The notes under the pieces are model-generated. The model had not been told where the DNA came from. It saw only the letters and a program-made list of their open reading frames with translations, and searched no databases. Below, in pieces: positions 37,610-48,000 of a stretch of DNA of 64,000 nt. The DNA lies in assembly GCA_002269645.1 (NCBI GenBank), contig NIVC01000984.1, positions 62,001 through 126,000 on the forward strand, written 5' to 3'. The DNA is from Macrostomum lignano. Its lineage: Eukaryota. Both the position numbers and the translations under genes were made by a program. How positions within the stretch are numbered: the stretch's first letter is position 1; every line of letters begins with the position of its first letter.

Positions 37610-38945
37610 TGTTGGAGTGTTGTTGAGCACGTTTTTACTAGCTTGTTAGGGAGCCACGATCTAGTGAGGTTGTTCGGGGTGTTGGGGGCTGTTGTGGGTG
37701 TTGTTGAGCACGTTTTTACTAGCTTGTTAGGGAGCCACGATCTAGTGAGGTTGTTCGGGGTGTTGTGGGTGTTGGGGGCTGTTGAGGCTGTTGGGGCTGT
37801 TGTGGGTGTTGGGGGCTGTTGTGGGTGTTGGGGGCTGTTGTGGGTGTTGTTGAGCACGTTTTTACTAGCTTGTTAGGGAGCCACGATCTAGTGAGGTTGT
37901 TTGGGGTGTTGTGGGTGTTGGGGGCTGTTGAGGCTGTTGGGGCTGTTGTGGGTGTTGGGGGCTGTTGGAGTGTTGTTGAGCACGTTTTTACTAGCTTGTT
38001 AGGGAGCCACGATCTAGTGAGGTTGTTCGGGGTGTTGTGGATGTTGGGGCTGTTGTGGATGTTGGGGCTGTTGTGGGTGTTGGGGCAGTTGGGTGGTGTT
38101 GGGGCTGTTGTGGATGTTGGGGCTGTTGTGGATGTTGGGGCTGTTGTGGGTGTTGGGGCAGTTGGGTGGTGTTGGGGCTGTTGTGGATGTTGGGGCTGTT
38201 GTGGATGTTGGGGCTGTTGTGGATGTTGGGGCTGTTGTGGGTGTTGGGGCAGTTGGGTGGTGTTGGGGCTGTTGTGGATGTTGGGGCTGTTGTGGATGTT
38301 GGGGGCTGTTGTGGGTGTTGGGGCTGTTAGGGGGTGTTGATGGCTGTTGGGGGTGTTGGGGGCTGTTGTGGGTGTTGGGGCTGTTGTGGGTGTTGGGGCT
38401 GTTGTGGGTGTTGGGGGGCTGTTGTGGATGTTGGGGGCTGTTGTGGGTGTTGGGGCTGTTGGGATGTTGGGGGTGTTGCGGGCTGTTGTGGGTGTTGGGG
38501 GCTGTTGTGGGTGTTGGGCTGTTAGGGGGTGTTGATGGCTGTTGGGGGTGTTGGGGGCTGTTGTGGGTGTTGGGGGCTGTTGTGGGTGTTGGGGCTGTTG
38601 TGGGTGTTGGGGGCTGTTGTGGGTGTTGGGGGGCTGTTGTGGATATTGGGGGCTGTTGTGGGTGTTGGGGCTGTTGGGGATGTTGGGGTTGTTGCGGGCT
38701 GTTGTGGGTGGGTGTTGGGGGCTGTTGTGGGTGTTGGGGGCTGTTGTGGGTGTTGGGGGCTGTTGTGGGTGTTGTGGGTGTTGGGGGCTGTTGTGGGTGT
38801 TGGGGCTGTTGTGGGTGTTGGGGGCTGTTGTGGGTGTTGGGGGCTGTTGTGGGTGTTGGGGCTGTTGTGGGTGTTGGGGCTGTTGTGGGTGTTGGGGCTG
38901 TTGTGGGTGTTGGGGGCTGTTGTGGGTGTTGGGGCTGTTGTGGGC
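37610..38945. repeat. G/T-rich compound satellite (GTTGTGGGTGTTGGGGCT-like) with four copies of a ~60 bp TGAGCACGTTTTTACTAG... block
   Basis: Strand-skewed G-rich tandem repeat; higher-order blocks near 37620, 37700, 37850 and 37975. Confidence 0.93.
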
Positions 38946-39126
38946 GCTTTTAGGTTGCTGTTGCTACGGGAAAGAAAATTCTGAAATCGATGGCTCTGCA
39001 TTTAGAGCTGCACAGTTACCTTGTCTGGCCTTCGCAAGCCAGTCTATCGCGTAAGTCTCATGCCACAGTGAAAATAAGCGGTGAGCAGACGCAAAAAGTT
39101 AAAATTATACACAGTACGAGTCAAGC

Positions 39127-42100
39127 TCAAGTCATGGCCCCCCGCGATCGGATCATGGCTGACTCCCGCCTGGGCCTCTCCGGCGGCATGAAGTCGGCAT
39201 AGTAGATGCTGCCATCGCCCAGCTTATCCAGCTTGGCCACCAGGTCAGACAGCTGGCTGCGGTAATACGGAATCTTCATCTCGTCCATGACTGCGGCAAA
39301 CTGCTCCAGTGACACCGTGCCGTTGCCTTGGGCATCCATAGCCGCTAGACGCTCCACAAAGCGGAAGTCGTTGATAAGGATGTGCTCCCTGAGCAACACG
39401 ATGGGGCTGCGGATGTCTATGGCCGGCTTAGCCAGCTCGTCGCGCGTGTTTCCGGCTCGCAGCACCGGGCCATGCTCGCACCGGAAGTCGCGAGTAGTCC
39501 GGCGCATCTGCTGTTCAACTGTCTTCACGAACTCGTAGTCTACTGGGATGTCTTTGAAGGATAAGAAGGTTAGGGGAGTGGTCTCCGAGGCCACGATCAG
39601 CTTGACTACCTGCAATGGAGGGTGGGGAGGATAATGGATTGCTAATCTAGCCAGTAGTATGGCTGAAGTATTGCAATGAATTGCTAATCTAGTCAGTGTG
39701 GCTGAAGTATTGCAATGGATTGCTAATCTAGCCAGTGTGGCTGAATTATTGCAATGGATTGCTAGTCTAGCCAAGTATCACAGCTGACTATCTATACTGG
39801 TGCAAATTTATCCATCAATGCTTTCGTCTTCACCTGCAGCAGTTCGGCAGTGTACAGGAAGTTATTGCCCATTCGCAGTTCCAGCAAAATCTCATTCCCA
39901 GCTACTGCGTTGCCAATAGCAACCGCAGCGTTGCCGTTCAGCCGGTTTCCCTCAATGTTGAGCTCCTGCAGCGCCTGATTCGCCTTCAACATGTCGGCGA
40001 GGGCGCGCCCGCCCTCCTCGGCGAAGCCGTTCCAGGCCAGGTTGCACTTCTTCAGCCGAAAGCTCTCCCGGATGCCCTGGGCCAGCTCCACGGCGCCCGG
40101 CCCGGATATCCGGTTGCCGCTGAGGTCCAGCTCCTCCAGGTAGTCGTTGATGCCGAGGCCGGCGCCAAGACGGGCAGCCGCTTCGCCGCCGAGGCAGTTG
40201 CGGGACAGGTTCAGCGACACGAGCGTCCGATTGTTGGCCAGCAGGTCGAACAGCGAGTCGGCGGCCTGGTCGCCGATCTCGTTGCCAGCCAAGGACAGGT
40301 GAGTCACCGAGGTGCTGTTGGTCTGCAGCACCCGGCAGATCTGAGCGGCGCCCTCGTCGCACAGTTTGTTGTCGGCCAGCCACAGATGGGTGATGTAGCT
40401 GTTCTCTTCCAGCATCTTGGCGATCGCCCGGCCGCCCTCAGGCTCCATCCAGTTGCCGGTGAGGTCCAGCTCAGTGATGGTCAGGTTGATGGCCAGCGGC
40501 CTGGCGATAGCGCGGGTGCCGACCGGGCCGAGGCCATGGTGCCGCATGATCAGCCGAGTGTCCGTCAGGTGCTTGAGAAAGTACTTCACCGGCACTGCGC
40601 CCAGCCGTTCGCAGGTGGTCCGGTAGAGGCTGCGCCCAGTCGTGTCGTGCAGGTCGGCCGCATGGCCCTCCTCGGGCAGCTCGTCCTCGAGGTCTGTGTC
40701 CCAGAGCTCGTCGTTGTCAAGCAGTGACTCGATGGTCCGCTCGCGTCTCACCCGGCCGGCTGAGCCTGGCGGCGGCTTCGAGCTGCGCCGGCTGCTCGGA
40801 CGCGATTTGGAGGATTCTGCGGGCGGCGGCGCCTCGGTTGCTGCCGCTGCTGCCTCGCCGTCCACCGCTTCATCAGCCTCCGCTTCATCAGCGTTCTCGG
40901 CCGCGACATCTGCCGCCTCCTCCGCCTTCTCCATAGTGGTGTCCTCTCGGATGGTGTCCAGCTCGTGCAGCTCGCCCGCCTCATTCTGAAGTTATTCAAG
41001 CAGTACTGGACTTCAGCTTACTAGACAACTAGGAGTACTAGTGGGGTTGTAGCCTAGTGGTCAGAGCGTCGGACTCACGACTGAAAGGTCGGGGGTTCGA
41101 TTCTCGACCCACTCGAACAATTTGTGTCCTTGAGCAAAACACTTAACTCTGCATTGCTTCAGTTCACCCAGCTGTAAAATGGGTGCCAGCATTAGCTGGT
41201 GTACGAGGGTGTGATTGAGGGTGTGTGTGGCGACCAGCCGTACGCAGCCAGGGCTGAACAGCCGTACGCAGCCTTCAGATGCGCCGCGCAATAGCTGCGG
41301 CTGAGCTGCCGGTTGCACATCTGCCCATAGATCTCAGCAGGGCAAGTTTTTAATATCCCTTTTACAATAGGAATTCATGACGAAAAATTCATTTTGTTTT
41401 TAATGATAAGGAGTCGCTTCAAGCGCATCGTAACGGGTTCTACGAGTAGTTGATACAGCTTAGTGCTTCTTAGTGCACCCGTGCCTGACCTACTTAATAT
41501 CCAGATTTTCCGAGCTGCCGTGGAGCCGATATTCCTTTTACGGTCTCAGAGCTCTGCCGGTCAGGGAACCTCGCAACCAGTCTCTCGACGCCACCTTCAG
41601 AGCCTTGCTGCGATTTGCTCTCGATCTTTGCTATCCTGAAAGGCTGTGAAACCGCGTGCTCGCTGCTCACTCCGGCGTCCCTCCGCTGAGCTCCGTCCTC
41701 AGAGCCCGGAGACAGCGCGACTTCTCGGCCATGTGCTACGCAGCTACGGACGCGGGGAAATGAACCCTCTAGGGGTCGTCGTGCTCAGTCCGCCATACGA
41801 CCCATACCGTCGCGGACATGCGCGCCATGAGACGCTTCTAAAGACCTTTGCTAGTGATCTTCAGGCCATCCACCTCAACCCGCTTGAGGCCACTTCCTGC
41901 CCCTCTGATCTTTTTCGCAAGCGTGTGAGCGCAAAGGGTATTTGACTCTTCAGCTAGCGTCTTTCTATCATCTATGTAGACTGAGGCCGGGGTACCCCGG
42001 GTGTCTAAGAATGTTTTTCCTAAATATCCAAACAGCCACAGCACTGACCTCTTCTTCGTCTGCCGCAGCAGAGCTGTCCGCGTGTTCTTCAACGGCGCTT

Positions 42101-42282
42101 CCACCATGCTCTCGGTCTGCTGTCCTTGCCTCTGTCAGGAATGTCGCCCTCTCGTCTGCCGGCGCCTCTGCCTCCGCCTCCGCCGCCTCCTCCATGCCAA
42201 CCAGCCCGGACGGGCCCTCGCCGGGCGCCGCCTCCAGGCCGCTGTCCTGAACCAGATCGTCAACACTGTCCGTCGCCGACAT
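39127..42282 (-). CDS. LRRC74: LRRC74-like leucine-rich repeat protein with C-terminal EF-hand pair, 3 exons
   Basis: Exons 42282-42049, 40985-39834, 39609-39127, all phase 0. YRTTCERLGAVPVKYF..MRHHGLGPVG followed by RI-like LRRs; EF loops DAQGNGTVSLEQF and DKLGDGSIYYADF. Confidence 0.8.
39640..39772. repeat. 39 bp tandem repeat, ~3.5 copies, in LRRC74 intron 2
   Basis: GTGGCTGAAGTATTGCAATGGATTGCTAATCTAGCCAGT units. Confidence 0.88.
41043..41310 (+). mobile_element. tRNA-derived CORE-SINE
   Basis: A box TAGCCTAGTGG, B box GGTTCGATTC, then TGTGTCCTTGAGCAAAACACTTAACTCTGCATTGCTTCAGTTCACCCAGCTGTAAAATGGG, which resembles the MIR/CORE domain. The 3' end is approximate. Confidence 0.75.
41400..41985 (-). 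mobile_element. Possible degenerate LINE reverse-transcriptase 3' fragment in LRRC74 intron 1
   Basis: Broken frames give VYIDD..LAEES, GLKITSK and ...TKLYQLLVEPV, reminiscent of RTE/L2 RT C-terminal motifs; many stops. Confidence 0.3.
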
Positions 42283-43177
42283 GTGTGTTTTCTGTCGCGT
42301 AGCGCAACTCGCCGCTACTCGCGCTTCGATGATTCGAACGAGAATGAAAAGCGATGCTCGCTCAGGTTGAGATTTCTTAGCTCTTTCTGGGTCTGGCTCG
42401 CCTGTCCGCTCCCCCTTTCTTTTCTTCTCTGCACCGCCACGTACTATAGATGCGTGCAAAATTGTCAAAGGAGCCAGTCAAGAGAGAGAGAGAAGGGCGA
42501 GCAGTGCTGCTCAAATAGGTCCCTCCCCTCTCTCTCTCTCCCAAACTCTCTTTCAAGTTTTGCTTGGCAGGGTGGATAGGGTGGCACCGCTTCAGCGTGC
42601 CTTTACACAAAATGAGAGGCGAGGGAAGAGTTGAAGGCAGAGACAGACAGACGCGGCCCCTTGACAACCAGCGGGCCAGGTACTGAACACACAGTAGCAT
42701 ACCTGCACAGCAGGACTGTGACAGTAGCCATTCATTCGTTCATTCGCTAACAAGCAGCTTATAATTTGGAGCTGAACAGGGAATCCTATTTAGTCCAATT
42801 TGCTTTCAATCACTGCGCTACATCCAAACCAGTTCAGAGCGCAGTGACTTGAGAGTTAACCCGTGTTAATTTCATTTATAATCATGCACACTATCCACCT
42901 TTCCCTCTAACCCAACACTCCGTAATTAGCCGCATAAATTATGCAGGACGCTGCGGGAACGGCAGTTCAGTAAAGTTTCAAGCCTTCTTTTTGAAAAAAT
43001 CCCACTTTCAATCTGCCTTCCGTTATCGCCCTGTGGCAGGAGGCTGCAAAGAAAAGATGGGTCACAATAAGCTATTGTAAGCCTGCAGCCATTGGGAATC
43101 CACATTCAGCCTTGCTGTACTTTGTAGCCATTTACAGTCAAATATACTTCACCACAATCGGTAATCATAATCTACCC

Positions 43178-43660
43178 TCAGTCCTCCGGGACTAATTCCC
43201 TCAGTCCTCTGGGACTAATTCCCTCAGTCCTCCGGGAATAATTCCCTCAGTCCTCTGGGACTAATTCCCTCAGTCCTCTGGGACTAATTCCCTCAGTCCT
43301 CCGGGACTAATTCCCTCAGTCCTCCGTGACTAATTCCCTCAGTCCTCCGGGACTAATTCCCTCAGTCCTCTGGGACTAATTCCCTCAGTCCTCTGGGACT
43401 AATTCCATCAGTCTTCCAAGACTAATTCCCTCAGTCCTTCAGAACTAGCTCGTAATTACCTCAATCCTCTAGGACTAATTCCCCTAACCCTCCGGGACTA
43501 ATTCCCTCAGTCCTCCCGGACTAATTCCCTTAGTCCTCCGGGACTAATTCCCTCAGTCTTCCAGGATTAATTCCCTCAGTCCTCCAGAACTAGCTCGTAA
43601 TTACCTCAATCCTCTAGGACTAATTCCCCCAGTCCTCCAGGACTAATTCCCCCAACCCTC
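43178..43660. repeat. 23 bp minisatellite (TCAGTCCTCCGGGACTAATTCCC)
   Basis: About 20 units, degenerating rightwards. Confidence 0.92.
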
Positions 43661-44490
43661 CAGTAGCCAATACCCCAGCCCTTTAATAGCAGTACTATTG
43701 AAACAAGAAAAAAGGCAAAATATGCACTAAAAAGTCATTAATAAACTTATTGAGCGTAAGTGATGATTCGTAATGGAAAGAAATTTTTTGGAACCACAAA
43801 TTATATTGTAAAGTTAATGAAACATAACAGTTAAGAATCCAGCAATTTCGCATGATCTATGGATAGAGAATGATGCAGGAATCAATTCTGGGAGCACAAT
43901 ATTGCAACAGACAAAAGTTTAAGTATCTGTATCAATCGTAAAATAATGCACAATTATTGTTCCACATAAAGGACACATTGTCCGGCATTGTAGAAAAGAC
44001 GGATTCTAGGAAGACAAAAAAGTCACAATTAAAACGTAATGCAAAAAAATTCACTTGTCAAACACCGGAGCAACTCGCGCAGCTACGTGCAAAGGTGAAA
44101 AAAAACAAGTCAAGACAATTAATTATCAGTCAGTTTCCAGGAAGGAACAAGCTTTAGTGAAATCAGTTTGCTATTCTATAAAGAAATTTTCACAAATATA
44201 GCCAAGAAAAATAATTACAAACGCGGCTCAGGGGAAAGACAGAGCCCGGACGGAGATAAAAAAACATCTCTCGCACCATCCGGGCTCCGGAGACCAAAAT
44301 TGTAGCAAAAAAATTAATTATAATAAAAAATACTTCCACAAAAAACATCGAATGTCCTAAACATACTACTGCCTGGAGAAGTATCGTTGAAAATACAAAA
44401 TCTTCAACACATTAAATAATCCTGATTCCAAACAAGTTTCTCACTTGATCCCCATTCCAAACGCTCCCATCTCACTCTTATACTTTCGAG

Positions 44491-44860
44491 CAGGGGTCGG
44501 CAAACTTTTATTACCCCGAGAGCCAGGTGAGAGGAGAGGCGAGGAAATAAAGGAGAGAAAGAGGAGGAAAGAGGAGATGAGAGATGAGCGATTAAAGTAA
44601 AGGCGAGAGAGATGGGAGCAGTGATGGGATGAGATATAGGATGAGAGAAGAGATGAGAGAGGAGATAAGAGGAAAGAGGATGAAAGGAGAGATAAGATGA
44701 GAGAGAAGATGGGAGAAGAGATGAAAGAAGAGAAACGAGAGAAAGGGGGAGAGAGGAGAGAAGGTATGAGAGAGCTAAGAAGAGACCTTGAGCGGGCCGG
44801 ATTTCAAAGGACCCGAGGGCCGGATAGAGAGGCCTGCGGGTCGGAGTCTACCGACCCCTG
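44491..44860. mobile_element. hAT MITE, second copy, opposite orientation to 27293
   Basis: TIRs CAGGGGTCGGCAAACT / GGAGTCTACCGACCCCTG; ~80 bp subterminal homology to the 27293 copy; AG-rich interior. TSD not matched (CTTTCGAG / CTCTAAGG). Confidence 0.8.
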
Positions 44861-45030
44861 CTCTAAGGGATTCCATACTCCACAAGATTGGCTATTATGA
44901 TCCTCATTTTTTAGAATAAGTCTCTTCACAATGCTTTCACGATCCCTATTTCAAATTAGTCTCACAATAATCATCCTTATCCAATCACTTGATGGAGAAC
45001 CTCAGTTCCCCCTTCATCTCCGAACAAAAG

Positions 45031-48000
45031 TCAGTAGCGACCCTGCAGGCGCAGATTCTCCGGATCGAATGGCGAGCGCAGGTGCAGCTTGGCCGGTCGC
45101 CGCTCGCCCATGCATTCGACCTGATAGGCGCCAGCCTTCAGCCAGGCCGGCTTTACCACCTCGCCGTCGGGCCGGGAAGCGTAGGCGTAGGCCATGGTGA
45201 CGCCGTCGCCGTCGCCGCCGGCAAGGCAGTAGACCTGCTCGGCCCGGCGCACGAAACCAACCGGCTGGCCGTCGCGCAGCACCAGCTCGTTGCCATGGAG
45301 ACGCTTGCCCGGCTCAGCGTCGTCCAAGGTCAGACATATCAGCCGCTTGCGCAGGCCGTCAGCGCGCTGACGTTCCAGAGCTTCCCGGCCGATGAATGGC
45401 CGGTCGGGCAGCTTCAGCTTGCAGGTGAAGGCAAGGCCGGCCTCTAGCGGGGTGTCGTCACTGCGCAGGTCCACGTGGCCGTGCCGGTAGCCTTTCTCGC
45501 AGCTCAGGCTGTCTAGCGCTCTGTGTAGCAGCATGAAGGGGGTTGAGTACGAGATTCTGGATACGAAGTAGTTCTGTGACATTAGCACCCTTGAACTCGT
45601 CTGCTGCAAATATCATCATATAAAAATTTATTTAGACTGATACAGTCAGACATTACGGTCTCATGTAAAACCTAAAGAGTCTGACACAGGACTCAAACAA
45701 GCCTGACACAGGACTCAAACTAGCCTGACACAGGACTCAAACTAGCCTGACACAGGTCTCAAACTAGCCTGACACAGGACTCAAACTAGTCTGACACAGG
45801 ACTCAAACTAGTCTGACACAGGACTCAAACTAGTCTGACACAGGTCTCAAACTAGTCTGACACAGGACTCGAACTAGCCTGACACAGGACTCAAACTAGC
45901 CTGACACAGGACTCAAACTAGCCTGACACAGGACTCAAACTAGCCTGACACAGGGCTCAAAGTTGTCTGACACAGAACTCAAAAATAGTCTGACACAGAA
46001 CTCAAAACTACTCAGACACAGAACTCAACCCAGGCCCCACCTGTAGCCGGCATTCACAACGCCAAGCGGCTTGCCGGCCGCCATCACCGCGTCGTAGACG
46101 GCCGGCGCGTCCGCATTGGCCAGGTGAAGCTCCCAGCCCAGCTCGCCAACAAAGGACACGCGCAGCATCAGAGCCGGCCGGCCGGCCACCTTAGCCTTGC
46201 GGCACTGTCCAAACGGGAAAGCCGAATCGGACAAAAAGCCTTCGCCGCCGTCAACAAGGCCAGCCAGCAGCTGACGCGACACCGGGCCCTGCACACTGAT
46301 CAGGGTCATATCGTCTGATCGGTCCTCCAATTGGCAGCGATTATCAGCTAGCCAGCCTCTGTCCTGCATCACTTTCAACAGGTAATGCTTAACGTAGAGT
46401 GCGGCAGCCCCGCCAATGGCCAGGTAATACTGAGCCCCAGGTTCCAGCACGGACACGGTTAGATCGGCTTCGACACCGCCGCGTTCATTCAACAGGCAGG
46501 TATAGACTGTGCTGCCAACCGGCTTGCGAATATCGGCAGAGAATAAATAATCGACAGCCTCGGCCGAGCCCGGGCCGGTTAGCATCAGTTTGCCAAAATA
46601 CGACATGTCGAATACGGCGCCGGCGCTTCGACAGGTGCGGCATTCACGGCGCAGGGCGGCCTCCTGCTCCGGAGCGGAGAATGTGTAGTCCATGGTCAGG
46701 CAGCGCTCGTATTCGTAGTCGGAGTGCGGCGTGTGACCGTAGTAGCCGTAGTAGCGATAGTCAGCGGTCTGAGGGGCACGGTTTTTTATTGACTTATTGA
46801 TGTTGAGAGGCCAGCTAATAACAGCTTCTCAGTACGAGAGTGACACTGGGGAGAGAGGGAGTGACACTGGGAGAGAGGGGTGAGACTGGGAGAGAAAGGG
46901 AGTGAGACTGGGAGAGAAAGGGAGTGAGACTGGGAGAGAGAGGGAATGAGACTGGGAGAGAGAGGGAATGAGACTGGGAGAGAGAGGAGTGAGACTGCGA
47001 GAGAGGGGTGAGACTGGGGAGAGAGGGAATGAGACTGGGGAGAGAGGGAGTTAGACTGGGAGAGAGGGGTGAGACTGAGAGAGAGAGGAAGTGAGACTGA
47101 GAGAGAGGGAATGAGATTTGGAGAGAGGAAGCAGGGAAAACTGAGATGGAAGGGAGTGAGATTGAGAGAGGGAGAGAGTGATTGAGAGAGGAGTGATACT
47201 GGGAGAGGAGAGGGGATACTGGGAGAGAAGGAGACGGGGATACTTAGAGAGAGGCACGAGAAGGGAGGAAGAAACAGGGTAGGAGTGAGTGAGAGGAGTA
47301 GTGAGGAAGTAGAAGTGTTGAACAATCGAGATAGAAAGTGTGACAGGACGAAGTTAAATGCATGAAGTCACTAGCAAAGATAAAGCCTGCACAGAGACAA
47401 CTCTTGAACCAGGGCTACTACAGCAGCTACTACTACAACTCAAACAGCCAGCAATAGCCTGTCACTAACCTCGGCCGGTCTATCGTGAAACCAGCCGGGC
47501 CGTTCGAACCCGTGCCGCTCCTGATACACGCAGCCGGCGGCAGCCAGCCGACTGTGTAGCGGACTCCGCCTGGTCAGCGAGCGGCCAGCCAGAGGCTCGT
47601 CGTGATGATAATGCACCGAATAGTGCTTGGCGTAGGTCTCGTGCGATCGCTCTCGCAGCCATTGAGAATTGGCCGCCAGACCTGGCCGGAATCGTTTCAC
47701 ATCGAAGGCGAACATGTCCAGCTCCGGCCGGCCAGTGATAATCCATCTGGCCAACTCGCGTGCGGTGCCGCCAGAGTACATCATGCCGCCGGAATTGTAC
47801 GCCGACGCGTGATAGAAGCCGCGCAGATCGGGATCTTCGCCTAGCAACGGCCGGCCGTCCGGGGTGAACGACTCCGGGCCGCACACGGTGGACTTGACGC
47901 CGACTTGGCCAATCGCCGGCACCCGATTGACCGCGCCGCCAATTTCAAAGGCGAACACGTCCCAGTCGAGCTCGTATAGGCTGAACGCGAAGTCTGACGG

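Noticed and set aside
41043-41116. tRNA-Val(CAC) gene
   Set aside because: Acceptor and T stems pair poorly and the sequence continues into a CORE domain, so it is a SINE head.
43178-43660. Array of NF-kB-like sites (GGGACTAATTCCC)
   Set aside because: Only a loose motif resemblance inside a minisatellite; nothing supports function.
45470-45490. [14 protein letters not shown] instead of the remembered GYRHWHADL
   Set aside because: A single substitution at a position that varies across the GcvT family; not enough to infer altered function.
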